A DNA stretch of 64,000 nucleotides from Amoebidium appalachense (GCA_963693365.1 CAVNZM010000005.1:6145167-6209166), one strand, 5' to 3'; positions 1 through 39,227 are shown, counted from the first letter of the stretch. Notes: generated by a model from the letters alone, not told the origin. Numbers and translations are program-made.

Positions 1-21
1 CCCCCCGAGGTGGAGGGGAAA

Positions 22-53
<32 letters not shown>

Positions 54-300
54 AGATTGGGATGGAAGGGCAGGTCCCGGCACTTCAATAAAACGCACAG
101 ACAGCATATAAAAGATTAAAGATTTCATGCTCGAAGAAAGTCGGTATATCATTTATTTTACGTAATACCATACCACCAATCTTGAACAGGTGTCTTACTG
201 TGCATGTCTCTGTGGTCCACAGCCTCACCCGCCTTTTTTTCTCCTTCTTCTTCTTTTTTTCTTTTTTCTTTTTCTTTTTTTCTTTTCTTTTTTTTCCCAG

Positions 301-10010
<9,710 letters not shown>

Positions 10011-10449
10011 TGGTGGATATCATGGTCATGAGCATTAGCAATAGTTTTAGCCAACCAATCGCAATGATTGGTTAAGTTTAGCTTAGCCTACTTAATATGC
10101 CAAAAAAAAGAATATACTTACCAGAATGTCATTTGCATTGTCCGCTTGCAAACAAAGTTTTGAAGACATAATCAGAAGACACTATATTGCAATTGTAATA
10201 CATGTATATTGGCTTGATCATTTTATGAGAAGAAACCGCGATACCGATAGTATGACTGATTTCCTAAAGCGGAAAGCTAGTGTCTCTGGCGGGTCATAGG
10301 AAACAACTGCATGACTCGGATTAACGGTCCGTTAACTTAAAGCCACTAACACGGTTTAGCCAATAGTATAGGGCTTTTGTGAATAACGGTTTAAATGATT
10401 ATTGAAAAGTACATACTATAATGATTGGAATACAGCTATGACAATGAAA

Positions 10450-10516
10450 GTGTATGTGTGCGCGGCGTGTGCATGCAGGTGCGCGTGCCACGCGTGCAGT
10501 GCGTGCGAGCTTCACC

Positions 10517-10561
<45 letters not shown>

Positions 10562-10805
10562 TTTGTGTGTGTGTGTGTGCGTTTGTGTGCGTGTGTGTGT
10601 GTGTGCGTGTGTGTGTGTGTGTTGTGTGTGTGTGTGCACGTGTGTGTGTGTGTGCGTACGCGCCGGAGCGTGTGTGTGTGTGTGTGACGTCTGTGCGTGT
10701 GCGTGGGTGTGGGTGTGGGTGTTTGTGTGCGAATCATGTGTGTATCTGTGTGTGTGGGCATGTGCGCATGTAATGTGTTTGTGTATGTGTGTGTGTGTGT
10801 GTGCT

Positions 10806-10842
<37 letters not shown>

Positions 10843-11260
10843 TGTAAGCGGGTGGGCTGACTGTGTGTGTGTCTGACACGTGCACAACATGTGCCACAGT
10901 GTGCTATACTAGTGTGTGGACATGTGTGTTTGTGCGTGTGTAACATGGTGTGTGTGCGTGTGTGTGAATTAGTGTGTGCGTGTGTGTGTGTGCATGTGTG
11001 TGTCTGTGTGTGTGTGTGTATGTGTACATGTGTGTGTGTGCCAGTATAATAATATGCAGTCACGTGCCACACGTTGAAGTTCTAAGTGTGCTTTGGCACG
11101 TGGGCGAGACTGTGTGTTTGTCTGAGCAGTGCGGCACAGTGGGTGTGCGTAACGTTTGTGTGGTAGAATTTGTCACGGCGAGTGCACGTGTGTGTTCGTG
11201 TGTGTGTGTGTACAAATGTGTGTGTATGTGGTGGTGGTGGTGGGGGGGGGGGGGGGGGGG
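10450..11260. repeat. Degenerate (TG)n-rich block downstream of OCRL
   Basis: About 800 bp of interrupted TG dinucleotide repeats. Confidence 0.8.
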
Positions 11261-12884
11261 AGAGGGGGGAAGGGTTCAGTTGGAGCCCACCGTGATGATG
11301 GCCCATGATTGATGATAATGAGGTCATCAGTCGATCATCACCTGATCATCACACATTATGAGATTGAGCACTCACTTTGACTGAGTTCATATGCAGGCGA
11401 GCCACGACATATGCAAGACATGTTCAATTTGATGCGAAAGTAGCACGCCATCCGAAGCTCCTATTTTACCACTGACTGTAGCTATTGTAGCAGCTACATA
11501 CTATAGTTAGGCGGCGAAGTTCGTCCGGAACTTGCGGACTCGTCACATGCATGATTTTTTCACAGATATTGCAGATGACATTGTATGCCATGATGTGTGT
11601 TGACCCTGCCCGTAGCGTACTGTCCGTCTGTGTTGTTGCCTATGCAAGTTTATGAAAAATGGCAGCCTCACCGGCTCTGCACACAGTGAGCAGTGTGCAT
11701 TCGACTATTCCCGATGCAACGTTGGAGGGCTGCAGAGTCCCAACTGCTCGAAACCGTTATACGCACCCTCTGACTGGTGGGGGCCTGACCGACAGCTGCA
11801 ATGCTTACAGCAGCTCAATCAATTAAGTGAACTACTGTGTGTATGTATGGTACGTACAGTATCAATCGCATGCGCATACCAGTAGTAGATAGGTACTAGA
11901 GTCCGGCATATGCATCACGTTCAGTGAATGTGACTACATAATACTTCATATGTATGTAGTCTATAGCTATAGATGGCGGAGAAATCCAGCGCTTGAAATC
12001 ATCTCAGTGACTGCGTGTCAATAAAGGTCAACCCGGGGTGATCCGTGTACGTGTGTATACACCCAGGGCACGCGCTAGCCAAGTGTACTGTAGAGAACAT
12101 GCACAACAAACTATTATTCGTAAGTGACCGTCAGTCAATTTTTGTGGAATGGCCGTTGGATGCGTGGGACCTGGACCTATATATACTGCCAACAATCGAT
12201 TCTATTGGTTGACAGCACAGTTTCGCAATCCTATTTGCTGAAAATATCCAATCACAGAACTAGCAAAGACTGCAAAGTTCAAAACCGCGGGCTCCGATTG
12301 GATGGCTGCTCAAGATCCGTGAGCCAAAAATTCTCGCTGGAATGCAAATATGCATTCTGTTTTTTTAAAATAACCCTACAGTAAACCGCTCGAATTTGGG
12401 ACACTTTTCGCGTCATCGCTGATCGAGCGCTTATAAGTAGCTATTTTTAGCTTTTTTCTAGAACATTCGAGCATCCCCAGCAAGCCCTGGCACATGGCTA
12501 CCCCAGTATATAAGTGCTGAGGTTCATAAAACACGTTTCCGACGACTTAGACACGTGAATGTAGCCTAGGGTATCATCTTGCAAATTTCATTCTGAATTC
12601 AAAATGCATTTTTATTTGGGACACGTGTTGCATAGACGTATATGCACACGAACAAGCTGACGCACACGCACCAGGGTGTGGTCTCGCTGTTCCTTTCACG
12701 CCCACCCCTGGGGCCTTCTCTAGCTTTCAAACCAGTCTGTACACTTAACGAGGCTTCAAGGGTGCCTGTTTTGCAAAATAAACTAAACACATCATACAAC
12801 CTATTGCCTGTGACTAAAGACGTCGTTCTGTACTATAAGTGCAACCTACACACGCATGCTCGTTCCTGTACTGTTAGCACACCT

Positions 12885-13889
12885 CTACATCTGTCCGGGG
12901 TATGGATACTGATAAAACGGGTACTGTTGGTATTGCATCCCAGGTTGGTATGGGTTGAATGGGACCTGTTGGTAGGGGAAGTAGTAGCCAGGCCAGTATG
13001 GTTGCCCGTACTCGTTTCTTGGTGGTTCGTTTTCTTTGTCGCTTTCATTTTCCATCCACTCATCACCGTGCACCTTCCTCCGTTCGTTTTCGCTCTCACT
13101 CTCACTCTCCCTTTCTCCGTCTTCGTTGCTTTCTGATTCTGGTGCATCAGTGTCTGACCCCCAGAATGCTCTCTTTGCCTTCCTCTTTTTCTTCTTGGGC
13201 TTCCTTGGTTGTGTCGGTTTGGATCTCCCTTTTCGTCCGCCCTCCTGTGCCTTCCTTTCCTCCTCTTCCTGTGCCCTCAGCTCTTTTTCTTTTTTCTTTT
13301 CCTCCCTCTCTTTTTTCCTTGCCTCTTTCACGGCTGCCTCCTCTGCTTTTCTCTTTTCTCTCTCTCTTGCTTTCTCCTCTTGCGCTCTCTTTTTCTCCTC
13401 CTGTTCTTGTAGTCTCTCCGCCTTCCTTCGTTCCCTCTCCTCTGCTCGCTGTTTCTTTCCATCTTCCTTCTGCTGCTTGCGTTTCTCTCTCTCCTCAAGT
13501 TCCTTGAGAAAGGTTTCGCGTGTCCACAGAATCGCACGCTGCTGTCCATTTCCGCCTGTTTCGTAGGTGGGCAACATGTCATCTCCGCTCTCCGCCTCCT
13601 GTGTATTTTCGTTTTCGTTTTCGGGGGGGTTTTCGTTTTCGTTTTCGGGGGGATTTTCGTTTCCGTTTTCGTATTCATTTTCCGGTTCAGGCACCTCCCT
13701 GCTTTCCTCTGAGTTGTCCCTCTCTTGAGATTCCATCTTCAGTCCACCTGAGTTCTTTCGAAGTGATTTCAGGCGGGGGGAGGTTTGCAGTAGCCGCACG
13801 ATGCTTGAGGGGCAGTGATGCTTGAACTCTCTCCTCATCCACAACCACCTCTCCGTTCTCCTGTCTGAAGCCAGTTTTGGCGAACGCAC
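12885..13889 (-). pseudogene. C-terminal continuation of the pogo transposase in a shifted frame
   Basis: Overlaps the end of the DDE ORF. Contains an acidic ENE tract, then RAILWTRETFLKELEEREKRK and a K/E coiled coil of the kind usually found after pogo DDE domains. Implies a +1 frameshift at about 13700-13790. Confidence 0.7.
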
Positions 13890-15054
13890 TCACTATCGAT
13901 TGTTTGGTGAGTTTACCGTTGAACGCACGCGAGTACAGCCCGATGAAATGTGCATAGGTGAACTTCCTGAGGGTTGGGTTTGCCGCGACAAACTCGCAGT
14001 AGAGGTTCCTGTATTCCTTCTTCACACTCGGAACGTTGCAGTTGTCCATTGCTTGGGTGGTTGGTGTTGTGCTTCCCGGTAGTCCGACCACGGAAACTTG
14101 GTTGTTTTTGAGGTGCCTGAGGGCGAAAGATGACGCGCGCGAGTGATGTCTGTCGACCAGTACCATGTGGGGGCCTGGGTCGGGTTGGTTCTTCAGAATT
14201 TTAACCAGAGCAATAGCAATTTGGTCGAAAATCTTGGTGTTGTTGAGGCCGTTTGGAACTGCGGTAAAGTACACGTTATCAATGGTACAGGCTTCGATTG
14301 TCGCTTTCTTGACTCGCGCGCCTTTGAGAATCACGATGACACCGAGAAGTTCACCTGCAACATTGCCAATTGGAATGATGGTGACGTTTTCTTTGCCGTT
14401 TCCGATGATGCGACGTCGGACTGCCCTGCTGCCCTTTTTAGCACCGGCTAGTCTGGGAACGTAGTGGATTCTCTGTGGGGTTTCGTCCAGGTTGAGGACT
14501 TGGTGGGGAAGGAATCGACCGCCAAAAAAGGTTACCATCACTTTGCGGATGATGTCAAAGTAGTGACGAATGATGCTTGGTGTTGTTGCTGCATCGTGCC
14601 GGTCATCAGCTGGCAAAGGCACCCTCAAAGTGAAGTCTGGGTGTCGTTTTTTGAAAGCATTCCAGAACCCATCAGATGGTCTGTCGTTCTTAAAGGGTAC
14701 CCCGTGTTCCTTTGCAGTTTCTACTAGTTTCTGTTTGATTTCACGAACAGATGCGGAGAGATTCGCATCCTGCCTCTCAAAGATCCACTCTATCACACCT
14801 CTCTCTTGTTCATAAGTGAGTGCTGAGGGCCTTCCGGCCCCGTGCCTACTAACTTTGCCCTTAAGGTGATTCTCAATGGTGGTGCGTGCTACCCCAAAAA
14901 CTTCAACTGCTTCCCTGTAAGAATAAATATTATGCTTCACGTGCTCTGCAGCTAAATTACATCGCTCTTCATGTGTCTGATTTTTGTGTTCTAGAAACGC
15001 TGCCTCTATCTCCTCTGCTGTGGGCTTGCGCCTTTTCTGCCCTTGTGCACTCAT
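13687..15054 (-). CDS. pogo-type DD35D transposase (HTH_psq/CENP-B-like HTH + DDE_1)
   Basis: Likely start MSAQGQKRRK at 15054. HTH segment YSYREAVEVFGVARTT, then WNAFKKRHP. Catalytic motifs NLDETP, LVDRHHSR and QAMD, with 35 residues between the 2nd and 3rd D. Confidence 0.9.
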   Translation of the reverse strand: MSAQGQKRRKPTAEEIEAAFLEHKNQTHEERCNLAAEHVKHNIYSYREAVEVFGVARTTIENHLKGKVSRHGAGRPSALTYEQERGVIEWIFERQDANLSASVREIKQKLVETAKEHGVPFKNDRPSDGFWNAFKKRHPDFTLRVPLPADDRHDAATTPSIIRHYFDIIRKVMVTFFGGRFLPHQVLNLDETPQRIHYVPRLAGAKKGSRAVRRRIIGNGKENVTIIPIGNVAGELLGVIVILKGARVKKATIEACTIDNVYFTAVPNGLNNTKIFDQIAIALVKILKNQPDPGPHMVLVDRHHSRASSFALRHLKNNQVSVVGLPGSTTPTTQAMDNCNVPSVKKEYRNLYCEFVAANPTLRKFTYAHFIGLYSRAFNGKLTKQSIVSAFAKTGFRQENGEVVVDEERVQASLPLKHRAATANLPPPEITSKELRWTEDGISREGQLRGKQGGA

Positions 15055-15940
15055 GTTGGGAACCCCATTCTGTCTGTGGGGCAAGGGTGTGTGATAAATG
15101 GGCAGTAAAAGTACAAAGCATATGAACGATGTCAGGCTACGTGAGAGGAAATCCTTAGAGTGAGGATGAGGAGTTCCTATGTTTTCGAAAGAGGATGTGC
15201 TTTGCTCTGCTGTGGTGGTTGGTGGAAAACGGCCCTTTATTTTCAAACTTGGCTGCCGGGTTGGGCAGCCAACCAGACACGCTGGCATGCAAAAAGGGCG
15301 GGAAAAACGTAATAATGGACCAAGGCCTCCTAAATAGCACACCGGGCCGAGGCACGAGGTCGTCACATATAAGAAGTGACGTCATCAAGAGTAGGGTTAG
15401 CTTCCAGCCGAATCCAGCGAAATGATTGGCCAACTGAGGAACGCGCGAAACCCAGTAAAGGCGATTTCGATTGGATAGAAGATTTTTGACTGCCATTTAG
15501 TGATTGGACAATACAGCAAATGGCGGGCTTTTGGTGTTCTTTGTATACTCGGAAATTGTGGGGTACCAACATTAAGGATAAGGCAAAACCAACAATATTA
15601 GTATCTAGTCTGTTTTAATAGCTTTATGAAATAACAAATACGTCAAAGCGCTCATTTATTTAACATTTAAATGGTTTATGCCGTTTTTTTGGCGCTTAAA
15701 ATATAATTTTAGGGAGTTATTTTAAGGGGCTAGGACTTTAAGTTGACGTAAGTACAATTACTTCATCAATCCCCATCGATCTCTCGTTGTGATCTAGGGG
15801 GCTGTGTGCCGGCCGCTTGTGTTGCTGCTACACGTGGAAAAGTAACTATTTCTTTGCCACCACTTTACGTGAAGTGTGCCTGCATTATATATAAAAAAGG
15901 CTGGGCAGTGCCACTTTGGCCACGCCCAGCCGCTACGCAG

Positions 15941-17056
15941 ATGCCAAGATCTTGTGCTGTCTACGGCTGCACAACTAATTACAAAGGGCACGAGAGTGCA
16001 TCTTGTTTTGCTTTTCCTAACAAAACTAAAGAGCCCGAGTGTTTTCACAAGTGGGTCAGTTTCTGCAAACGCCAAGACTTAACGGTAAAAAGTAACACAA
16101 GCTGTATAGGTATTTGTATCAAACATTTTAGGCCCGAACAACTTGACCTAGGTTTTGACTACAAAGATCCTAAAACAGATATATCTCGGTTTATTAAACA
16201 TTCCCACCCGAGGTGCAAAGAGAATCAGATTCCTTGCATATTCAACACAGAACTGAATATAGTCATAGAGGAAAAGACACCCAGGAGAAACCCAGAGGAT
16301 AGACGAGAAGAGCAAAACAAACGAGCAAAGCTCCAGGAAGAGGCTGAGAAGGCCCGGCTAGAACAACTTGACACCATACACTCGTTCAGCGAGTTGTGCG
16401 ACAACTTCTTAGACCGTCTAAATAGCGTAGGCACGCTGGGGCTCTGGCAAGTCACACAAACGAGCAGTGAAAGCATACAAGCGGTACTGCTGACAACAGT
16501 TACCCCGTCATTTCCCGGCGGGGTGCCCTTTCCCTTTGTGGGGGCAGTGGTAACTGTTGATCATAACCTTTCTGCAGTGCCTGTTGTGCACACACCGTCT
16601 GTGTTTGGGGCTACATCTTATTCGGTTTCGGTTGACTCGCACACGTCACATTCTATATCTCGGTGGTCCAAGTTGTACCAGTTACTTCATTCGTGCAAGG
16701 AGAAGGCCAACTCAGCAAAGCCAAGCCCGTGCACTCAACCTTTGTGCTTCGATAAGCACGTTGGTTATGCACTCTGGGCCACCTTTTTTTTTGGGAAACA
16801 CGCTCTTGTTGGGGACGGTGATGGCAGCCAACAGAGCGCCAATGCTGGAGAAGGGCTGCAGCAGAACGTCCAGTTCCACGGCAGGCTTGGCCAGCAGGGC
16901 AGTCTCGTTGAACTTGACGGCCTGCTTGAGAGTGCTGATGCCCACGGCCTTGCCCGTGCCCCGGCGGAACGTGAAGAGGTTGATGAGCCGGATGCGCTGC
17001 TCAGACTCAAGCACCTGTTCAATATCACACCTTCCGTTAGCTTGGCATTATCCTGA
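15941..17056 (+). CDS. THAP zinc-finger protein: N-terminus of a P/THAP9-like transposase, reading through into the inverted segment after ~16750
   Basis: MPRSCAVYGC...FPN...KW...ICIKHF...QIPCIF is the C2CH THAP signature with an AVPTIF-like box, followed by a coiled-coil-like stretch. 371 aa open frame from this ATG. Confidence 0.85.
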   Translation: MPRSCAVYGCTTNYKGHESASCFAFPNKTKEPECFHKWVSFCKRQDLTVKSNTSCIGICIKHFRPEQLDLGFDYKDPKTDISRFIKHSHPRCKENQIPCIFNTELNIVIEEKTPRRNPEDRREEQNKRAKLQEEAEKARLEQLDTIHSFSELCDNFLDRLNSVGTLGLWQVTQTSSESIQAVLLTTVTPSFPGGVPFPFVGAVVTVDHNLSAVPVVHTPSVFGATSYSVSVDSHTSHSISRWSKLYQLLHSCKEKANSAKPSPCTQPLCFDKHVGYALWATFFFGKHALVGDGDGSQQSANAGEGLQQNVQFHGRLGQQGSLVELDGLLESADAHGLARAPAEREEVDEPDALLRLKHLFNITPSVSLALS

Positions 17057-17642
17057 TTTACAACTGTGCAGATGAAGAGCACCGCACAGACCATAAATAG
17101 TTGCCAGCTGCAGCCGGCTGATTTGGGTGTGTGCAAGTTAATGCAATGCTTGTGTCGGTCAGGAGGGGATCTGGGAAATGGAGGTGGAAAAGGGAGGGGG
17201 GTGAAGGGGGGGGGGGGGGGGGATTACTTCTTTTGGCAATTGGTGTTTAAAGAAGGAAGGTGGGGGTAAGCCTTCTAGGATCCGAAAAAAAAAAGAAGGG
17301 GGGGGGGGGGGGGGGGAGTAGGGGAAAAGGGAGGGGGTGGGGGGGTGGATGGTGGTGGTGGTGGTGGTGTTGGTTGGGAACGAGGGGGAGGGGGGAGGGG
17401 GAGGGACTCTGAAAAATTGTCTCAGAAAAAAAGGAGTGGGGGGAGGAGGAAGGGGGGGGGGGGGGGGGGGGGGGAGAACAAGGGTGGAGGGAAGAGGCGA
17501 CCTGGCGGGTGGAAATGTGGTAATTGCCTCCGTTCATTTCCCTGTAGTGTCCAAACCGACCCTCCAACTGGTCGGTCATAATCTTGCCCAGAAGAACGTA
17601 GACCCAGTTGAGGTCGTCCTTTAGATACTCCACAAGGGCTAT
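16750..17642 (-). pseudogene. Inverted internal fragment of the P transposase catalytic region (two exons)
   Basis: Exon 17642-17502 IALVEYL...YVLLGKIMTDQLEGRFGHYREMNGGNYHISTRQ, GT-AG intron 17501-17015, exon from 17014 VLESEQRIRLINL. Matches the P/THAP9 motif around the last catalytic Glu. Confidence 0.85.
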
Positions 17643-17654
17643 CTGCAAACATTT

Positions 17655-17910
17655 AAAACCCGAGGACACGGCGCAGTACCTCGACGGCATCGCCATGAGA
17701 ATGACCAACATTTTGCTCAACAACTACACCAAGGAACGCAACGCGAAAAAGAAAACACCAACCAACAAGCCAAACCGGCAAACCAAGAAATACGAGGGTG
17801 CATCAACCGGTTTATTGGCGGCGCACGCCGCGGACCACACGGCCCCAGCGCCAGCGACGACGTGGAGGCTGTGCTCGAGGAGGAGGACTTCGACGTTTTC
17901 TCGTTTTTGA
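17655..17910 (+). pseudogene. Probable extreme C-terminus of the P transposase in the original orientation
   Basis: MTNILLNNYTKERNAKKK...RQTKKY resembles the basic C-terminal ends of THAP9-like transposases (recalled similarity, not searched). Confidence 0.6.
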
Positions 17911-19596
17911 ACGACGACGCACTGGGTGCGTTGTGTGAGACTTGGGCAGTTATAGGCAGTGATGATTGCGTCTGGTAGTTTAGCGTAATGTTTGCACAAG
18001 TTTTGCACTAAAATTAGTCTGATGTAGGAGACCCCGGAGGGGCACGTAAGATTTCAGTTTTCGATCACCCTACTCTTTACACGTAATCTGGAGTATTAGT
18101 CTGTTGCGTGCCTCGGCCCGGTGTGCTATTTAGGAGGCCTTGTAATGGACCCAAGTCCGGGTGATGCGCCGAGGGCCAATTAAAAGTGTCCCAAATTTAT
18201 GACGGGATTCAAATCGTCCCAAATTCGAGCGGTTTACTGTAGACATCACTCTGCTTTTTCTACACGCCCTCCTCTTCTACAAAGTCTGTTGTGGGCGGTC
18301 ATGCGAATTTGTATTACTGGCGATGGGAGTAAGGGTGGCCCGCGGCAGTGGCATGCGACGCTTGCGAGGCGTGCTAATGGTCACGTGACTCACGTCTTAG
18401 TCACGCGTGCCACTGCGCACGGCGTGATGTCTGGCAGTTGTCACAGTCAGCTGCATCATTTATTGCGCATTATGTACCGTGTGAACATACCAGCCTATCG
18501 ATATCGCCCGTTCAGTCACTCGCCAGTTTTGTGACCCTGCGACCGCACCGGGGGACGTCACGGGTAACGCCCTGGTCCGCCCAGGATCCGTTGACCACTC
18601 CCCTCGCGCTGCAGCGATGCTCACGCGACCCTGGCACTCCAGCTGCATCCGTGAGGCTAGCAGGCAGGATGTAAGCCCTGTCACACACAGGCAGCCTGTG
18701 AGATCTCTCCTTGCCCGATCATACGGATCGCTTGTGAGAAACTGGGGTCCGTCCCTGACGGCGCCCCGTTCCCCGAGACGCATCAAAGTTTACACCCCCC
18801 AAGTATCTGCCACTGGCACACGTCACCAAGCCGGGCCGTACACATGTCATTGAAACATTAAACAAATTGAAATCACGGGCTTGCATGTGTGCCAAAACGG
18901 GCAATGCTCCTGGAAGCGAATCCGTGCACAGCATGTCAGTGTGGTAAAAACATGCGGGAATGGTTTTTTGTCATTCTCCATTCGCGCATCTTACGTAGCC
19001 ACAGGTTATAACAATGTTACCAATGTCACAGGCATGACACTGAGGTTCCTTACGAGTATGTACCTTCCCCCCCCCCCCCCTCCTCTTCTACTATAAATAA
19101 AGCTTAAGAAAGAAAAAAAACCACCAAACATATGCGCACACAACAGCATATCACTATCCCTAAACAAAACCACCTAACACATGCACACACAACCGCACAT
19201 TACTACCCCCCCCCCCCCCCCCCCCCCTTTTTTTTTTTATTTGTGGGTGAGTGCTCACCGACAAAAACAGGATCATAGCCATTACATACCCGCCCTAGAC
19301 AGTCCAACACAACTGTCTTGTATCGGCACCTGTCTTGCAAAACATGCCCCCTAGAATGCACAAAGTGTCTGGTTTACAGCTCAGACCAATTTTTCAAGAA
19401 ACAGCATAAGATGTTATCACCTCTACAGTGTGCAAACGCCTCTACCACCCCGCCTCCCTTCCCTTCAACATACTCGCGCACGCACTCACGCACGCACGCA
19501 CGCACACACGCACAACCATCCACCCACCTACCCACCAACCCACACACACATACACACATTCTCTCCTGGGTGCATCGTTCGAATCCAACCACCGTC

Positions 19597-37529
<17,933 letters not shown>

Positions 37530-38088
37530 CCTTACGGCTACCTGTAAATTGTCCCAACTCTATCTCCCTCCCTCTCCCTCACTCAAAATCCAGACTCCAT
37601 CGCCAGATCTCGAGCCTGGGCTGCAAAATTAAAAAAGAAACTTTGATGACGTGTACAGTTTAGGGAGGGGGAGCCATAGGATCTGACCGAAAATATGTCC
37701 ACTACAGACCGGATCTTACTAAAAACTGACCTATTTTGTCGGTTGGTATTTGCGGTCGAACATTGGAATTTAAGAGTTGTGACGTAAGTCAAAGGGGGGC
37801 TCTACGTTTCCCTGTGTTGGAACTTGCCGTCCAAGCGACAAAAGTAAACACAAGGTATCCAGACGTAACAACAGACACACGATACGTCTCTCCTTTTTTT
37901 TTACAAGAAGTTATACCAGGTTTTGTAGTTATTGAGTAAGAAAAACAAATTATCTTTCACTTTTTTCTTTACATAGTGGTAGGTTTCAGCGACGTTTCAT
38001 AAGGTTAACATCTTTCAAGGATCCTTGTGACAGGGTTGTGTGTTGTTGTGGTGCCTGAGTTTTTTCGGTGGGCAAGAGGGCATAAAAA
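37530..38088. promoter_or_regulatory. Probable bidirectional promoter between PAXBP1 and PSMB4
   Basis: 559 bp between divergent start codons, free of microsatellites, with TGACGT motifs near 37648 and 37781. Function is inferred from geometry. Confidence 0.6.
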
Positions 38089-39196
38089 ATGGCACACCTC
38101 GACAGCAGATACGCTCCGGCCATGGGTCCCGTCAAGCACACCAGGTATGCCATACCCCCCTCCCCCCTCCCCCCCTGGCCCCTCCTGTTCTTGCACCCCC
38201 CCCCCCCTCTCTCCCTCGCAGCTCGTGAGCTTCCCCTTTTTCCCTGAGCCATGTCCCATTCATTACTTCTTCTTCGTTTAGTTTGATTTTTTCCCCATCT
38301 CCTTTTCCTCATCCGCTCCCTTTTTTTTGCGTGGGTTTTGTGGAGGGAACACCTATTCCGCAACACACGGCTTCATCTGTATGTGGAATTTTGCACGCTA
38401 CATATCCTTGCTAGTTTCTCTACTCTACCCATTGAAAGCGTATGTTTTACTTTTTTAACTCCTCTTGCTCAATGCTTACTACTTTCTTTGCCAATTTTTG
38501 TGCAAATTCGGAGTGTCTTCCATTTTGCACTTGTTGTTTGTCCATGGCTCCCACTATCCCTCTGCTTCCAGAGGGTTACTAGCACGGCTAATCAGGCATC
38601 AACGGTGCAACTTGGATAAACTCTGTTAGTGACATCAAAAAAGTGCCACAAAGTCGTCTTTTGGTTCTTTCCTTTTGGCACACAGACGACTGTGCTGCAC
38701 CACCCTCACGTTTTGCGCAAACTGATCTCTGCTTGCCCACGTAGACTGCATAGGAGACTTCTGCTACATACAAGTCTTCTGGTCTGAATTTGTGTCTGTG
38801 TGTGTTAGGCGCTGTTGGTACTTTCTGCTCTTCTTTGGCTTTGTGAGGGTTCTTTTTTAATCTTTCTCTGGGAGTTGCCCCCCCCCCCCCCCCCCCCCCC
38901 GGTGAGGCCTGGCTCCTTGCCCTTTGCCCACAGCCTGTCATACACATACACACACGCACACACACGCACACACACACACACACACGCACAAACACGTGCA
39001 CAAGCCCGCTCTCTTCTTAACCGTGCTTCCATGCATACCCTTGTGTGGCACATCTCAGGTTATGCCCCCCTCCCCCCCCCCCCCCCTGCCCCGGCCCTCT
39101 CTCCCCCCTCCCCATCCTCCCCCCTCCCCCCCCCCTCCCTTCAATTCACTATAACTGATCAACCATGCCCCCGTTTCTTCTTCTCCCCCCCCCTCC

Positions 39197-39227
<31 letters not shown>

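Larger units (their letters stand above)
15321..18142 (+). mobile_element. P-superfamily DNA transposon, non-autonomous and rearranged, nested in the pogo element
   Basis: Perfect 36-bp TIRs CAAGGCCTCCTAAATAGCACACCGGGCCGAGGCACG at 15321-15356 and 18107-18142. 8-bp TSD TAATGGAC at 15313-15320 and 18143-18150. 11-bp subterminal inverted repeat AAGAGTAGGGT at 15387-15397 and 18067-18077. Contains a THAP domain and P-transposase fragments. Confidence 0.95.
12379..18239 (-). mobile_element. pogo-superfamily (Tc1/mariner-related) DNA transposon, ~3.0 kb without the nested insert
   Basis: Perfect 24-bp TIRs CAGTAAACCGCTCGAATTTGGGAC at 12379-12402 and 18216-18239. TA flanks both ends (12377-12378, 18240-18241). 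The subterminal ATTTGGGACAC motif recurs at 12614-12624 and 18182-18197. Encodes a DDE transposase. Confidence 0.95.

Noticed and set aside
15055-15366. N-terminal extension of the 559-aa transposase ORF
   Set aside because: It runs across the P-element junction from a non-ATG start; the ATG at 15054 is more plausible.
38402-38409. ATATCCTT, a perfect U12 donor motif in PSMB4 intron 1
   Set aside because: The PSMB4 exons join in frame through GT-AG sites, and no exon precedes this motif.
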